From positions 1 through 44,893 of the forward strand of contig JAUQVK010000069.1 of NCBI GenBank assembly GCA_039794845.1: a stretch of 44,893 nucleotides of DNA, read 5' to 3'. The translations under genes were made by a program, and so were the position numbers. The notes below the pieces were generated by a model. That model worked only from the letters and a program-made list of their open reading frames with translations, had not been told where the DNA came from and did no database searches. Origin of the DNA: Thermostichus sp. DRC_bins_24. GTDB taxonomy: Bacteria > Cyanobacteriota > Cyanobacteriia > Thermostichales > Thermostichaceae. Positions 30,301-39,793 of the stretch are shown here, in pieces. The stretch's first letter is position 1; every line of letters starts with the position of its first letter.

Positions 30301-32010
30301 CTACAAGCCCAGATCTGCCTTAGCCTGCTGCGCCGCCAGTAGCACCTCCGCATCCGAAGCCTGCGGCCAGTCCGGGTCGGCGATCTCAGCGTAAAACTGC
30401 TGATCATAGGGACGGATCTGCACCACCACCGGCATCGGTACGGCATGGCCGAGGAGAAGGGCTTGTTGCTTAGAGTCCAGCTTGGCCAGAACGGTTTTCA
30501 AGTTTTGGCTGCCCGCTACCCCCGTAAAGACCGCTTCGATATCTTTGTCATCGTTGAGCAGTGCGGTAATGCGGGTGCCCAGTTGCGACATCACTTCGCT
30601 GTCGATGCCAGAGGGGCGCTGATCCACCACCAGCAGGGTGACGAAATATTTGCGCATTTCCCGAGCGATGGTGCCGAAGATCGTTTGCTTAGCGGCCCGG
30701 GGATCCAAAAAGCGATGGGCCTCTTCGATGGTGATGCAAAGTTGACGGGGTTTATCCAGAAGATTTTTGGATTGCAGGTAGCGCTCCGCCTGATGCACGT
30801 AGGCCTGGTGAATGCGACGGGTGATGACGTTGGTGGCCAACATGTAGGAGAGCAAGTTGGACTGGGATCCGAACTCGATCACCACATGAATACCCCGGCT
30901 GAGGGCGTCCAGGATTTGACCAATGTAGTTGTGGGGCAGGCTGTTGCGGATGTATTTCAGGTCGTCAAGGCGGGTGAGTTTGCGTTGCAGGGCCATCATC
31001 GAGGCTTTGTTGCCCATTTTCTGTTCGCAGAACTCTTGAATCTCGGCGTTGGAAAGGCTCAGCAGGCGGCTGATCCAATCGCGGCCAAACTCGTTGCGTA
31101 GGATGATCGCGTTTTCCAGGCTGGCTTCGGAAAGGTTCAGCTCTCCCGCCAGCAGCGCCAGATCTTCCACATCGATTTGGTTGTAGGCAATGAACAGCTC
31201 CTGCGCATCGCGCACCCCCCGCCGCCGGGTGGAATCGGGATCCAAGGTATAAATCTGCACCTGTCCGGGGAAAAGTTGCCGCAAGCCTTTGACCGTGTTG
31301 AATTGCTTGCCTTCGGTGGCCGCCTCCCAGCCATATTCCGAGTGCATGTCGAAGATCAGGTTCACCGCTGCCCGTTTGCGGATGATGCCGGAGAGGATGA
31401 GGCGAGTTAGAAAAGATTTGCCTGTGCCGGATTTACCGAAAATGCCGTTGCTGCGCTCCACCCAGCGATCCAGATCCAGACAGATGGGAACGGGCATATC
31501 GAGGGGCTGGCCAATGGCGAAGTTGCGCCGCTCCGGGTCTTCTTCCCAGCCGAATACGGTACGAAAATCCAGCTCCCGCGCCTCGTACACCTGAGAAAAA
31601 TGAGCGGGAACGGTTTTGACGGGCAGCAGCTCCATGCTGGGGGTGGCGAGGGCGGTTTGAGGCTCTGCCAAGTCAGGATTTGTCAGGGGATACTCCCGTT
31701 CCGCCTCGGTTTCCCGAGGCACCAACATCAACATCGGGGTGAGGGCGATAATACCGTAGGTGCTGGTACCGGCCAAAACTTCCCGCAGCAACACCTCTTC
31801 CGGTCGCGGTGGGTTGATCAGAATCTGGGTATTGCTGACCTCGAGGGTGACATCGGTGAGCAGGCCGAAAAAACGGTTGCGTTGCCCTTGAATCACCATA
31901 AACTTGCCCACCCGCAGGTCTTCTACCGAAACGCCTGGGTTGAGGCGAGCTTCCAGTCCACGGCTCAGGGATCCCTGAATGACGGTGGCTAACGGTTGCG
32001 AAGAGGTCAT
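30301..32010 (-). CDS. HerA-like ATPase (HAS-barrel plus DUF87)
   Basis: Walker A GKSGTGKS, DMHSEY, EEAHRF, REMRKY, DQRPS. Start placed at MTSSQ. Confidence 0.88.
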   Translation of the reverse strand: MTSSQPLATVIQGSLSRGLEARLNPGVSVEDLRVGKFMVIQGQRNRFFGLLTDVTLEVSNTQILINPPRPEEVLLREVLAGTSTYGIIALTPMLMLVPRETEAEREYPLTNPDLAEPQTALATPSMELLPVKTVPAHFSQVYEARELDFRTVFGWEEDPERRNFAIGQPLDMPVPICLDLDRWVERSNGIFGKSGTGKSFLTRLILSGIIRKRAAVNLIFDMHSEYGWEAATEGKQFNTVKGLRQLFPGQVQIYTLDPDSTRRRGVRDAQELFIAYNQIDVEDLALLAGELNLSEASLENAIILRNEFGRDWISRLLSLSNAEIQEFCEQKMGNKASMMALQRKLTRLDDLKYIRNSLPHNYIGQILDALSRGIHVVIEFGSQSNLLSYMLATNVITRRIHQAYVHQAERYLQSKNLLDKPRQLCITIEEAHRFLDPRAAKQTIFGTIAREMRKYFVTLLVVDQRPSGIDSEVMSQLGTRITALLNDDKDIEAVFTGVAGSQNLKTVLAKLDSKQQALLLGHAVPMPVVVQIRPYDQQFYAEIADPDWPQASDAEVLLAAQQAKADLGL

Positions 32011-32079
32011 GGTTATGGGGCTCCAGAACAGATCCGAGGGGGAGTCTGTTGGTGTTTCTTTCTTGCTTCTATTCAACTG

Positions 32080-32256
32080 CTATTCAAAATTTAAGAGATG
32101 ACTCCCTTGGTCACCCGCCTGCACGCGGGCGCCGGTCTGGGGGGCACCATCCTGCACAATCCAGGTACGGACAATCTCGACTTCTTCCGGTGTCCAAAAA
32201 CCCAGACGGGACAGAGGCAGTCCGCGGGCCTGAATGTAGGCGATTTTTGTTACTGC
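32080..32256 (-). pseudogene. Possible gene fragment resembling the C-terminal helix of a cytochrome c-type domain
   Basis: Startless frame ...ARGLPLSRLGFWTPEEVEIVRTWIVQDGAPQ resembles MP...xxEEI.xIxxWIxxGAP. In-frame stops lie upstream. Confidence 0.3.
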
Positions 32257-32526
32257 CCTTTAAGGGATAAAGAACCCATTCGCACTTCAGCCGGTTGCTA
32301 ATGAGAACCATCTAGGATCCTCGAAGATCGAAAACAGATCATGAGGATCCCTGCCCACATCTTTCACTGACTAAGACCACTTACTATCAGATCTGCTCAG
32401 TGAAGAAGCAACTTAGAGAGCAACCTGCCGCCTCCAAATCATCAGGAACCGAAAAAATCAGGGTAGGAGCCTCATCCAGGAGGAGACTGGATCCCTCAAG
32501 GAGAAGCCGAACAGAGCAAGGACGAA

Positions 32527-32895
32527 TCAGTCGATGCGCTCTAGTTTAATGTTGTGGTGGCCCAACTTAATCTCAAACTCATCACCGGGCTTAAGACCCA
32601 TCTTCTTGGTGTAGGCAGCACCGATCAGGAGGTTACCATTTTTATGAACCGACACCCGAAAGGTCGGCGCCCGACCGCGGGAGCCGTTTTCATCACTAGC
32701 ATCTAGGTCTACACCGACGGCCTTGAGTAGGGCATTGTTAAACTGCATCAAATTCACGCGCTCTTGGCCATTCTTGGTGTAGGTGACATACCCACAGGCA
32801 CGCGCTTTCTCTTTACGATCCACGTTCTCCATCGAAGTCACCTTATCGAGGAGTTCTTGCCCAGTCAGCGGTTTTACCTTGTTGGTTGTAGCCAT
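32527..32895 (-). CDS. Cyanobacterial AbrB-like transcriptional regulator (cyAbrB)
   Basis: LTGQELL...AR.CGY N-domain and C-terminal GR...V..NGNLLIGAAYT...LKPGDEFEIKLG. Confidence 0.92.
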   Translation of the reverse strand: MATTNKVKPLTGQELLDKVTSMENVDRKEKARACGYVTYTKNGQERVNLMQFNNALLKAVGVDLDASDENGSRGRAPTFRVSVHKNGNLLIGAAYTKKMGLKPGDEFEIKLGHHNIKLERID

Positions 32896-33265
32896 ATCAA
32901 GATGATTTAGGGACAACAGTTAGTGTAGCCAGAAAGAAACAGGACTTGCAATAGACTTTCGATAAGTCTTTCCTTATTTAATGACCTGAATTCATCTGCC
33001 AGGATTAGATCTACAGATCAAGTGCGCAAAACAGCAGTGGAAATGCGTCTTGCTGATGGCTGGGTCTGCTCTTGTCTGTGCTGACACTTTCCCATCGGTT
33101 GGCAAGCGAGGTTTGTGGAGGGATCCAGGCCTAGGCCGCAGTGTCCAAAGGCAACATTCCCCACTCTCTAATCCGCCCAGTCGAAGACCCTTCCCTGGCG
33201 ATTCGGATCCCTTCGGCCCAAAAGCAGGGAAACTGGAATCCAGGCTGTTTTGATGTCAACTCTGC

Positions 33266-34489
33266 ATGGATCCCTTTTGGTCAACTCGGCGCATCCTGAT
33301 CGGGGTATGCGGAGGAATTGCCGCCTACAAAACCGCTGCTCTGGTCTCTGCTTTGGCACAACAGGGGGCAGCGGTGAAAGTGGTTTTAACAACGGCTGCC
33401 GAAAGATTTGTTTCTCCTTTAACATTTGCTGCATTGTCTCGCCAACCCACCCTTACGGATGCAGAGTTTTGGCAGGCCGGGCGAGGCCGACCACTGCACA
33501 TCGAGTTGGGGGAATGGGCGGAAGCCTTGGTCATTGCTCCGTTATCGGCGAACACGCTGGGTAAATTGGCCCATGGGCTGGCGGATAATCTGCTCACCAA
33601 TGTTGTCTTGGCTTCCCATTGTCCGGTGGCGGTGGCGCCTGCCATGAACACCCAAATGTGGGCAGCTCAGTCTGTAGCCGGTAATTGGCAACAGTTGCAG
33701 CAGGACCCACGCTTTTGGGCTTTACCGACCGCCAGTGGCCGCTTGGCCTGCGATGCTGTGGGGGCTGGGCGAATGTTGGAGCCAGAGGCCCTGCAGGAGT
33801 ATCTGTTGGCTCTGCTCTGGACAGGGGGACACCGCGATTGGCAGGGCAAGCGGGTTTTGGTCAGTGCCGGCGGTACCCGAGAACCGATCGATGCGGTGCG
33901 ATTTATCGGCAACCCTGCCAGTGGTCGGATGGGAATTGCCCTTGCTGTGGCGGCAGCCTGTCGGGGGGCAACCGTGACGATGGTACATGGGCCGATCGGG
34001 ATCCCGTTTCAGCCGGAACCCTTCGGGATTCAGACCTTGGCTGTAGAGACTGCCACTCAATTGGAGAAGGCCCTAGCCAACTGCTTCCCGCAGATGGATG
34101 TACTCTGGATGGCCGCCGCTGTCGGGGATGTGCGACCCTCCCAACCCTTTGCGGGCAAGGTGCCCAAGGCGCAATTACCGGAGATGCTGCCATTGGAACG
34201 GATCCCGGATATCGTTGGGGCCTTAAGCCACCACAAATACCCCCATCAACGCATCATCGGCTTTGCCGCACAAACCGGTGAGCCACTGCCCCCGGCCCAG
34301 GAGAAGCTGCACCAAAAGGGGCTGGATGCGATTGTGGCCAACCCGATCGACCAACCGGGCAGTGGCTTTGGCAGCGACCACAACCAAGGCTATTGGATCC
34401 CACGCTCGGGAGCACCCGAACGGATCCCGCCTTTGCCAAAACCGATCATGGCCCACCGCCTGCTGGATCTGGCGCTGCAGATGGGTTGA
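33266..34489 (+). CDS. coaBC: Bifunctional phosphopantothenoylcysteine decarboxylase/ligase
   Basis: GGIAAYK, APAMN, LACD..GAGRM, GGTREPIDAVRFIGNPASGRMG. Confidence 0.96.
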   Translation: MDPFWSTRRILIGVCGGIAAYKTAALVSALAQQGAAVKVVLTTAAERFVSPLTFAALSRQPTLTDAEFWQAGRGRPLHIELGEWAEALVIAPLSANTLGKLAHGLADNLLTNVVLASHCPVAVAPAMNTQMWAAQSVAGNWQQLQQDPRFWALPTASGRLACDAVGAGRMLEPEALQEYLLALLWTGGHRDWQGKRVLVSAGGTREPIDAVRFIGNPASGRMGIALAVAAACRGATVTMVHGPIGIPFQPEPFGIQTLAVETATQLEKALANCFPQMDVLWMAAAVGDVRPSQPFAGKVPKAQLPEMLPLERIPDIVGALSHHKYPHQRIIGFAAQTGEPLPPAQEKLHQKGLDAIVANPIDQPGSGFGSDHNQGYWIPRSGAPERIPPLPKPIMAHRLLDLALQMG

Positions 34490-34550
34490 ACGGGGGATAA
34501 CGATCTCTGGAAAAATCAGGTACCTTTGAGGCTAAACCCCGAGGGATCCC

Positions 34551-35321
34551 ATGGCGATCATCGTCCTGAAAGCCTGGTATTTGGATTCGGTCTTGTCCGC
34601 CTCCCAAGTTCAGCAGAAAAACCCCGATCTGCGTCTGAGCCGGACTGGTTTGCTTAAAACCGCGATGCGGGCAGATTTTCTCGACGATGTCGAGCAGGTG
34701 AAAGCTTCTCTGTGGTGGCAGCGCTACCTAGAAGGGGAACCGGTGGAGTTTTACATCGAAGGCAGCGGCGCCTACAGCATTTCCAACCTCGATTTGATCA
34801 GCCGCGAGATTTACTTCAACAAACGCGCCACCCTGAGCATGGTAGAGCCGACGATCCACTTCTGCGGCCAGTCCGATTACCCTGAGTCCAGCGCCACGCT
34901 GCAGCGCACCCTTGAGGCGGTAGTGGAGACGATCAACCGCAAACACAAACCTGCTGTTCCCTTACAGCTTCAGGGATCCCCGCTTTCTGAGGCGGAAACC
35001 GTGCTCATCGATGCCGCGCTGATTCGCAAGCTCAAACATGCCCTCCTGGTGGTGGCGGATGTCACCCCTGTGCAGGTGAATGGCCACGGTCGTCCGTTGC
35101 CTAGTCCGCAGGTCTGTCTGGAGTTGGGCTACGCCCTACAGTCGAAACGCCCTGAACAGTTGCTGTTGGTACAAATGCCCCGCGATGGCGTGGAGGGATC
35201 CTTCCCCTTTGAGGTAGAGGGCAGCAGCGTTTTGAAAATTGCCGATCCGAGGCGGTTGTCCGATCAACTGGGGGCAGAAATCACCCGCCAGTTGCAACGC
35301 ACCCGTGTGATCCCCCTTTAG
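34551..35321 (+). CDS. Hypothetical protein, probably conserved in cyanobacteria
   Basis: Clean ORF. The C-terminal VADVT...P.V.LELGYAL resembles nucleoside-deoxyribosyltransferase/TIR-like folds. Confidence 0.8.
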   Translation: MAIIVLKAWYLDSVLSASQVQQKNPDLRLSRTGLLKTAMRADFLDDVEQVKASLWWQRYLEGEPVEFYIEGSGAYSISNLDLISREIYFNKRATLSMVEPTIHFCGQSDYPESSATLQRTLEAVVETINRKHKPAVPLQLQGSPLSEAETVLIDAALIRKLKHALLVVADVTPVQVNGHGRPLPSPQVCLELGYALQSKRPEQLLLVQMPRDGVEGSFPFEVEGSSVLKIADPRRLSDQLGAEITRQLQRTRVIPL

Positions 35322-35468
35322 CTTGCTTGGAGGGGCACAGCACCTATTCAACCCCTCCTGACAACCGCTAGACTCTTGAAAGTAGCTCGGCCTAGGGGTT
35401 TGTTGACCTCGGGGTAGGGCTGACGAGTTGTACCCTTTGGCTTCTTTTTTTCCTCCCTTTCTTCGACC

Positions 35469-36665
35469 ATGACCCTTGCGAATGCCAATCCTCTGCCTTC
35501 TCCAACACGTTCTGCTGAAGGTTGGCAGAAAGGCTTGAACAGTTTGATGATCCTGTTGTTGGCGGGGGTTCCCCTGTCTTGGATGGGGCACTTCTGGGGC
35601 TGGGATCCCAACTGGGTCTTTGTTTGTGCGGCTTTGGCGGTGGTGGCCTTGGCGAAGTTTATGGGCCAGGCCACCGAAGAGATCGCTGCCTTGACCGGGC
35701 CCACCCTCGGGGGACTGATGAATGCCACCTTTGGCAATGCCACAGAACTAATTATTGGCCTGGTGGCGCTGCGAGCGGGTTTGGTGGATGTGGTTAAAGC
35801 CTCGATCACCGGCTCGATCATCAGCAACTTGCTCCTGGTGGCGGGTTTGGCCATGTTGTTGGGGGGGATCAAGTTTCGGGAGCAAAGCTTTCGGCCTGAA
35901 GTGGCCCGCATGAACGCCTCGGTCATGAACCTGGCGGTGGTGGCGTTGATCTTGCCCAGTGTGGTCACCTATGCGGATGTAACGTTGGGGGATCTCTCCA
36001 TCAAAGAGCTTTCCACTGCCGTGGCCCTGGTGTTGATCGGGGTTTATGGCCTCACCCTGCTGTTTTCCCTCAAGACCCACAGTTACCTCTACACCATTCA
36101 CGAGGCTGAAGAAGCCGAAGACGAAGCTGCCGATCGCCTGGCCCCCAATCCGGTGTTGCAAGCGGAGGGATCGATTCCGCAGGTGTTGACGGCTCCCCCT
36201 GAACGAGTTGGGTTGTGGCCCTGGGTTGCGGCTCTTCTGACGCTGACGGTGTTGGTGGCGCTCGAGTCGGAATTGTTGGTAGATACCCTGGAGACTACTC
36301 TGGAACACTTCCATGTCACGCCACTGTTTATGGGGGTGATTCTGCTGCCGATCATCGGCAATGCCGCCGAACATGCGACAGCGATAACGGTGGCCATGAA
36401 AGACAAGATGGATTTGTCCTTCTCGGTCGCCCTCGGCTCGACCATGCAAATTGCCCTCTTCGTAGCCCCGGTGCTGGTGTTGGCGGGGGATGTGCTCGAT
36501 CAGCCGATGAACTTTAACTTCGGCATGGTGGAGCTGGTGGCCATCGCCGTCTCGGTGTTGCTGGTCAACTCCGTCAGCAGCGATGGACGCTCCAACTGGC
36601 TGGAGGGACTGTTGCTCTTGGCCACCTACGCCATCCTTGGCATTGCATTTTTCTTCCTGGACTGA
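35469..36665 (+). CDS. cax: Ca2+/H+ antiporter (CAX/ChaA family)
   Basis: alpha-repeats NATFGNATE and GNAAEH, acidic loop EAEEAEDE, SNWLEG. Confidence 0.93.
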   Translation: MTLANANPLPSPTRSAEGWQKGLNSLMILLLAGVPLSWMGHFWGWDPNWVFVCAALAVVALAKFMGQATEEIAALTGPTLGGLMNATFGNATELIIGLVALRAGLVDVVKASITGSIISNLLLVAGLAMLLGGIKFREQSFRPEVARMNASVMNLAVVALILPSVVTYADVTLGDLSIKELSTAVALVLIGVYGLTLLFSLKTHSYLYTIHEAEEAEDEAADRLAPNPVLQAEGSIPQVLTAPPERVGLWPWVAALLTLTVLVALESELLVDTLETTLEHFHVTPLFMGVILLPIIGNAAEHATAITVAMKDKMDLSFSVALGSTMQIALFVAPVLVLAGDVLDQPMNFNFGMVELVAIAVSVLLVNSVSSDGRSNWLEGLLLLATYAILGIAFFFLD

Positions 36666-36681
36666 GGCACCGCATCGGCTC

Positions 36682-38556
36682 ATGCCGCACAATCCACTAC
36701 ATCCCCACAGGCTAAGGCTCGGGAAAACGGGATCCCTGCTGTGGCCCTTTATCTTTGGCGTCTTCCTAGCCGCCGGCCCCACCTGGTCGCAGGAGACCCT
36801 CCCTCCAGAAAACAGCCCCCGGCCCAATTTGCCTTTGCTGAATACAGTGGATGCCCTGGAAGAGCTGCGGCAAGCCCTCAGCCTGCCCGCTACCTCCAAC
36901 ATCGAAACGGGCGCAGTGACTTTAGATGGCCGACGCCTGTTTTTGGTCACTGCCCCCTCGGGGGATCCAGGTAGCACTCCCCCCGTGTCGCAGCGAGTCC
37001 GCTCCATCGAACAAACCTTGCGTCGCCTGGTTGCCATGCCACTGGATTTGGATACTCTGGAGGTCTCGGTCACCATCGACGCCCAGACCAACCAGCCGGT
37101 GGTTGAGGTCAACGGGCAGCATTTGCTCACGGTTACCTCCCTGGATGCGCAGCTACAGGGCACGCAAGCCATCGATTGGGCGGAGCAGGTGGCCAGGATT
37201 GTTGAGCAGGCCTTGCGCACGTCCCAGCAGGAACGACAGCCCCAATTTCTGCGCCGGCAAGCGGTGATCGCCCTTGGCATCTTGGTGGCGGTTTGGGGGA
37301 TGAGCCAGTTTTGCCAACGGGAGCGGCGGCGACTGAAGCAAGAACGGGATGCCCTGCAGACGGAATACAACGCCATCCAGGCAGAAGCGCAGGAACGTCT
37401 GCAGGAGGAGGAACAACCGGGTGTGGATCCGATCCTGCTGGAGCAACAGGCCCAACGCAAACGGCAGGAATCCTATCTGGAGCTGCAAATTCGCCTGCTG
37501 CGTTTGGTGCAAATTGGCCTATGGGTAGGGGGAGTTGGGGTGAGCTTGGGGCTTTTCCCCCAGACTCGGGCTTTGCAAACGTTCTTTCTTGTCTCTCTGC
37601 GGGGTCCCCTGTTGCGATTGGCGGGGGTAGGCTTCGCCACCTACGGCAGTGTTTGGCTGAGCGGCCTGGTGCTGGATAACCTCTTCGCAGCCCTGCGCCA
37701 GGAACAGTGGCAAAATGCCCCCACCTATCGCTTCAGCAAACGCCTCAGCACCTTTGCCGGAGTTTCCAAAGGGATCGCGGCCATGACGTTGGTTTTGGTG
37801 GGATCCCTGGTGGGGCTAGCCTGGGTGGGGGTGAATATCGGCCCCTTGGTGGCCAGCTTGGGGTTCATTGGCCTGGGCATTTCCCTGGCAGCCCAGGATC
37901 TGATCAAAGACATCATCAATGGGCTGTTGATTTTGCTCGAGGATCAATTTGCCGAAGGGGATGTGATCGTGGTGGATGGGCGGGGGGGCCTGGTGGAACA
38001 CATGGATCTGCGCCTGACGCAGTTGCGCAACACCGAGGGCACCTTGATCTCGATTCCCAACAGTGCCATCCGCGTTGTGGAGAACCTCTCCAATGGCTGG
38101 TCACGAGTGGATCTGGGGATCGTGATCGCCTACGAAAATGACCTGGAGCTGGCCATGACCCTGACCGAACGGGTGGCTCTGGAGATGTATCGGGAGCCAG
38201 CTTGGCGGGAGAAAATTCTGGATGTGCCAGAAATGCACGGTGTCGATCAGCTTGACGAACGGGGGGTGACCCTACGCATTTGGATCAAGGTGCAACCGCT
38301 GCAGCAGTGGAAGGTGGCGCGGGAGTATCGTCGTCGCCTCAAGCATGCCTTCGACCAAGCCGGGATCCAAATTCCGTTTCCGCAGCAAGCCCTGTGGTTC
38401 CGCAACCCGCTGGGGATGCAAATCCAGGGTCTCAGCCCGGAGGAGACCCATCGTCTGTTGCACCTGATGGAATCCCAAGTGAACGCCCGCCAAAACTCCA
38501 GGGATCCTGCCGAACAAGAACCCGCTCCTGGGTATGAGGGATCCCATCGCCACTAA
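36682..38556 (+). CDS. MscS-family mechanosensitive channel with a large N-terminal domain
   Basis: TM3 GLGISLAAQDLIKDIING, EDQFAEGD, IPNS, GIQIPFPQ. Confidence 0.92.
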   Translation: MPHNPLHPHRLRLGKTGSLLWPFIFGVFLAAGPTWSQETLPPENSPRPNLPLLNTVDALEELRQALSLPATSNIETGAVTLDGRRLFLVTAPSGDPGSTPPVSQRVRSIEQTLRRLVAMPLDLDTLEVSVTIDAQTNQPVVEVNGQHLLTVTSLDAQLQGTQAIDWAEQVARIVEQALRTSQQERQPQFLRRQAVIALGILVAVWGMSQFCQRERRRLKQERDALQTEYNAIQAEAQERLQEEEQPGVDPILLEQQAQRKRQESYLELQIRLLRLVQIGLWVGGVGVSLGLFPQTRALQTFFLVSLRGPLLRLAGVGFATYGSVWLSGLVLDNLFAALRQEQWQNAPTYRFSKRLSTFAGVSKGIAAMTLVLVGSLVGLAWVGVNIGPLVASLGFIGLGISLAAQDLIKDIINGLLILLEDQFAEGDVIVVDGRGGLVEHMDLRLTQLRNTEGTLISIPNSAIRVVENLSNGWSRVDLGIVIAYENDLELAMTLTERVALEMYREPAWREKILDVPEMHGVDQLDERGVTLRIWIKVQPLQQWKVAREYRRRLKHAFDQAGIQIPFPQQALWFRNPLGMQIQGLSPEETHRLLHLMESQVNARQNSRDPAEQEPAPGYEGSHRH

Positions 38557-38568
38557 GGTAATGGGTCG

Positions 38569-38596
38569 ATACAGCCCTTGCGCGGGTTTTCCACGG
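38569..38596. repeat. Second copy of the MITE left end
   Basis: ATACAGCCCTTGCGCGGGTTTTCCACGG versus ATATAGCCCTTGCGCGGGTTTTCTACAG at 2168-2195: 25/28 identical with a 19-bp exact core. Confidence 0.85.
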
Positions 38597-38603
38597 ATCG
38601 TCC

Positions 38604-38637
38604 TTTATCTTTTCTCTGTTTTTATCTTTTCTCTGTT
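38604..38637. repeat. Perfect 17-bp tandem duplication (TTTATCTTTTCTCTGTT x2)
   Basis: Seen directly between the convergent mscS and GFA genes. Confidence 0.92.
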
Positions 38638-38641
38638 TTCG

Positions 38642-39043
38642 CTATTTTGGCTCCCGGGTCACTCGCCAAGGTAAGTCCCCGCCGATGGCCTGTTCCCACT
38701 CTCTGCCGTTAAACGTAGGGAACTGGCGGTTTTCCAGATCGATCCCATCCAGACAGCGTACATTGACATCAATCTTGTCGGGATCCGAACGGGGAATGTA
38801 AAACGGGTGCATACCACACACCTGGCAAAAGTGGTGTTTGGCAACCTGGGTGTTGAAGGTGTAAGTGGTCATGTCCGCTTGGCCGGAGAGGAGCTGAAAG
38901 GCCTCCGGGGGCACGATTAAATGAATGAAGCCCTTCTTGGTGCAAATGGAGCAGTTGCAGAGGGTGGCCGTATCCAGATCCCCTTCCACCACAAAGCGAA
39001 TCCGCCCGCAGTGGCAACTTCCGTCGTAGCGTTGCTTAGCCAT
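38642..39043 (-). CDS. GFA (glutathione-dependent formaldehyde-activating)/CENP-V family protein
   Basis: GSCHCG, CNCSIC and HHFC..CG zinc ligands, VNVRCL. Confidence 0.92.
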   Translation of the reverse strand: MAKQRYDGSCHCGRIRFVVEGDLDTATLCNCSICTKKGFIHLIVPPEAFQLLSGQADMTTYTFNTQVAKHHFCQVCGMHPFYIPRSDPDKIDVNVRCLDGIDLENRQFPTFNGREWEQAIGGDLPWRVTREPK

Positions 39044-39115
39044 GGTGGTTTCCCAGGTTTGTCTGTTGGGATCTGCTCCTGAGCTTGATAGGTGCCCGGG
39101 ATCCCCAAGAGCAGT

Positions 39116-39697
39116 TTACTCGTCTGTTAGAGAAGCTGTTTCTACCGCCTCTTTGGCCAGCTCATCCACCGTGAAATAGCGATGAAACTTGTCGGTAACC
39201 CGCAACCATTGGGAACGGCTGCCCTCTTTGCGATAGCGGGTGACAAAGCCTTTTTCCACCAGTTCCGCTACGTGTTGATAGGCGCTTTGGCCGCGCAGCT
39301 CCACCAACTCCGCCTGTGAGAGGGGCCCGCGCAAAATGATCGTGGCCAAGGTGCGGGTGGCGCCAACGCCAATTTCGGGGGGCAAAAGCTGATTGGCCAG
39401 TTCCAGAAAGGGTTCCCTTAATTGCAGGGCAAACCCCTCCCCCACCTGCAACACCTCCAAGGCCGAGTCGCGGTGGGCATAGTCTTCCATCAGCTCCAGC
39501 AGCGCCTCGTAGGCATCACTGCGGCTACAGCGCGCCAACTGGGCCAGCGACCCCAGCTCCAAAGGCTGTCCCTTCAGATAGAGAATCGCCTCGATCTGGT
39601 TTTTGAGAGCAAAGGGACGTTCTGAGACAGCCTCTTCCTCCTGCCGGGCAAAGGCCAACAGGGGATCCGAAGCCGATGCAGCACGACGAGGAGCCAT
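39116..39697 (-). CDS. scpB: SMC-Scp complex subunit ScpB
   Basis: IEAILY, TLATI...P..Q.EL..LRG, T.KF..YF. Confidence 0.9.
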   Translation of the reverse strand: MAPRRAASASDPLLAFARQEEEAVSERPFALKNQIEAILYLKGQPLELGSLAQLARCSRSDAYEALLELMEDYAHRDSALEVLQVGEGFALQLREPFLELANQLLPPEIGVGATRTLATIILRGPLSQAELVELRGQSAYQHVAELVEKGFVTRYRKEGSRSQWLRVTDKFHRYFTVDELAKEAVETASLTDE

Positions 39698-39793
39698 AGA
39701 AATAGAAAAGGGATCCGCTCAACTTGCCCCGTAGCATAGCAGCTGTTTTGGGCTGAGGGATCCCATGGTTGTCCCGAACCAAGCTGGGTGGCC

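Noticed and set aside
32920..33260. Possible ncRNA or riboswitch between cyAbrB and coaBC
   Set aside because: No recognisable conserved RNA motif; most likely divergent promoters.
35748..37460. 570-aa minus-strand ORF
   Set aside because: Antisense to cax and mscS with a non-protein-like composition.
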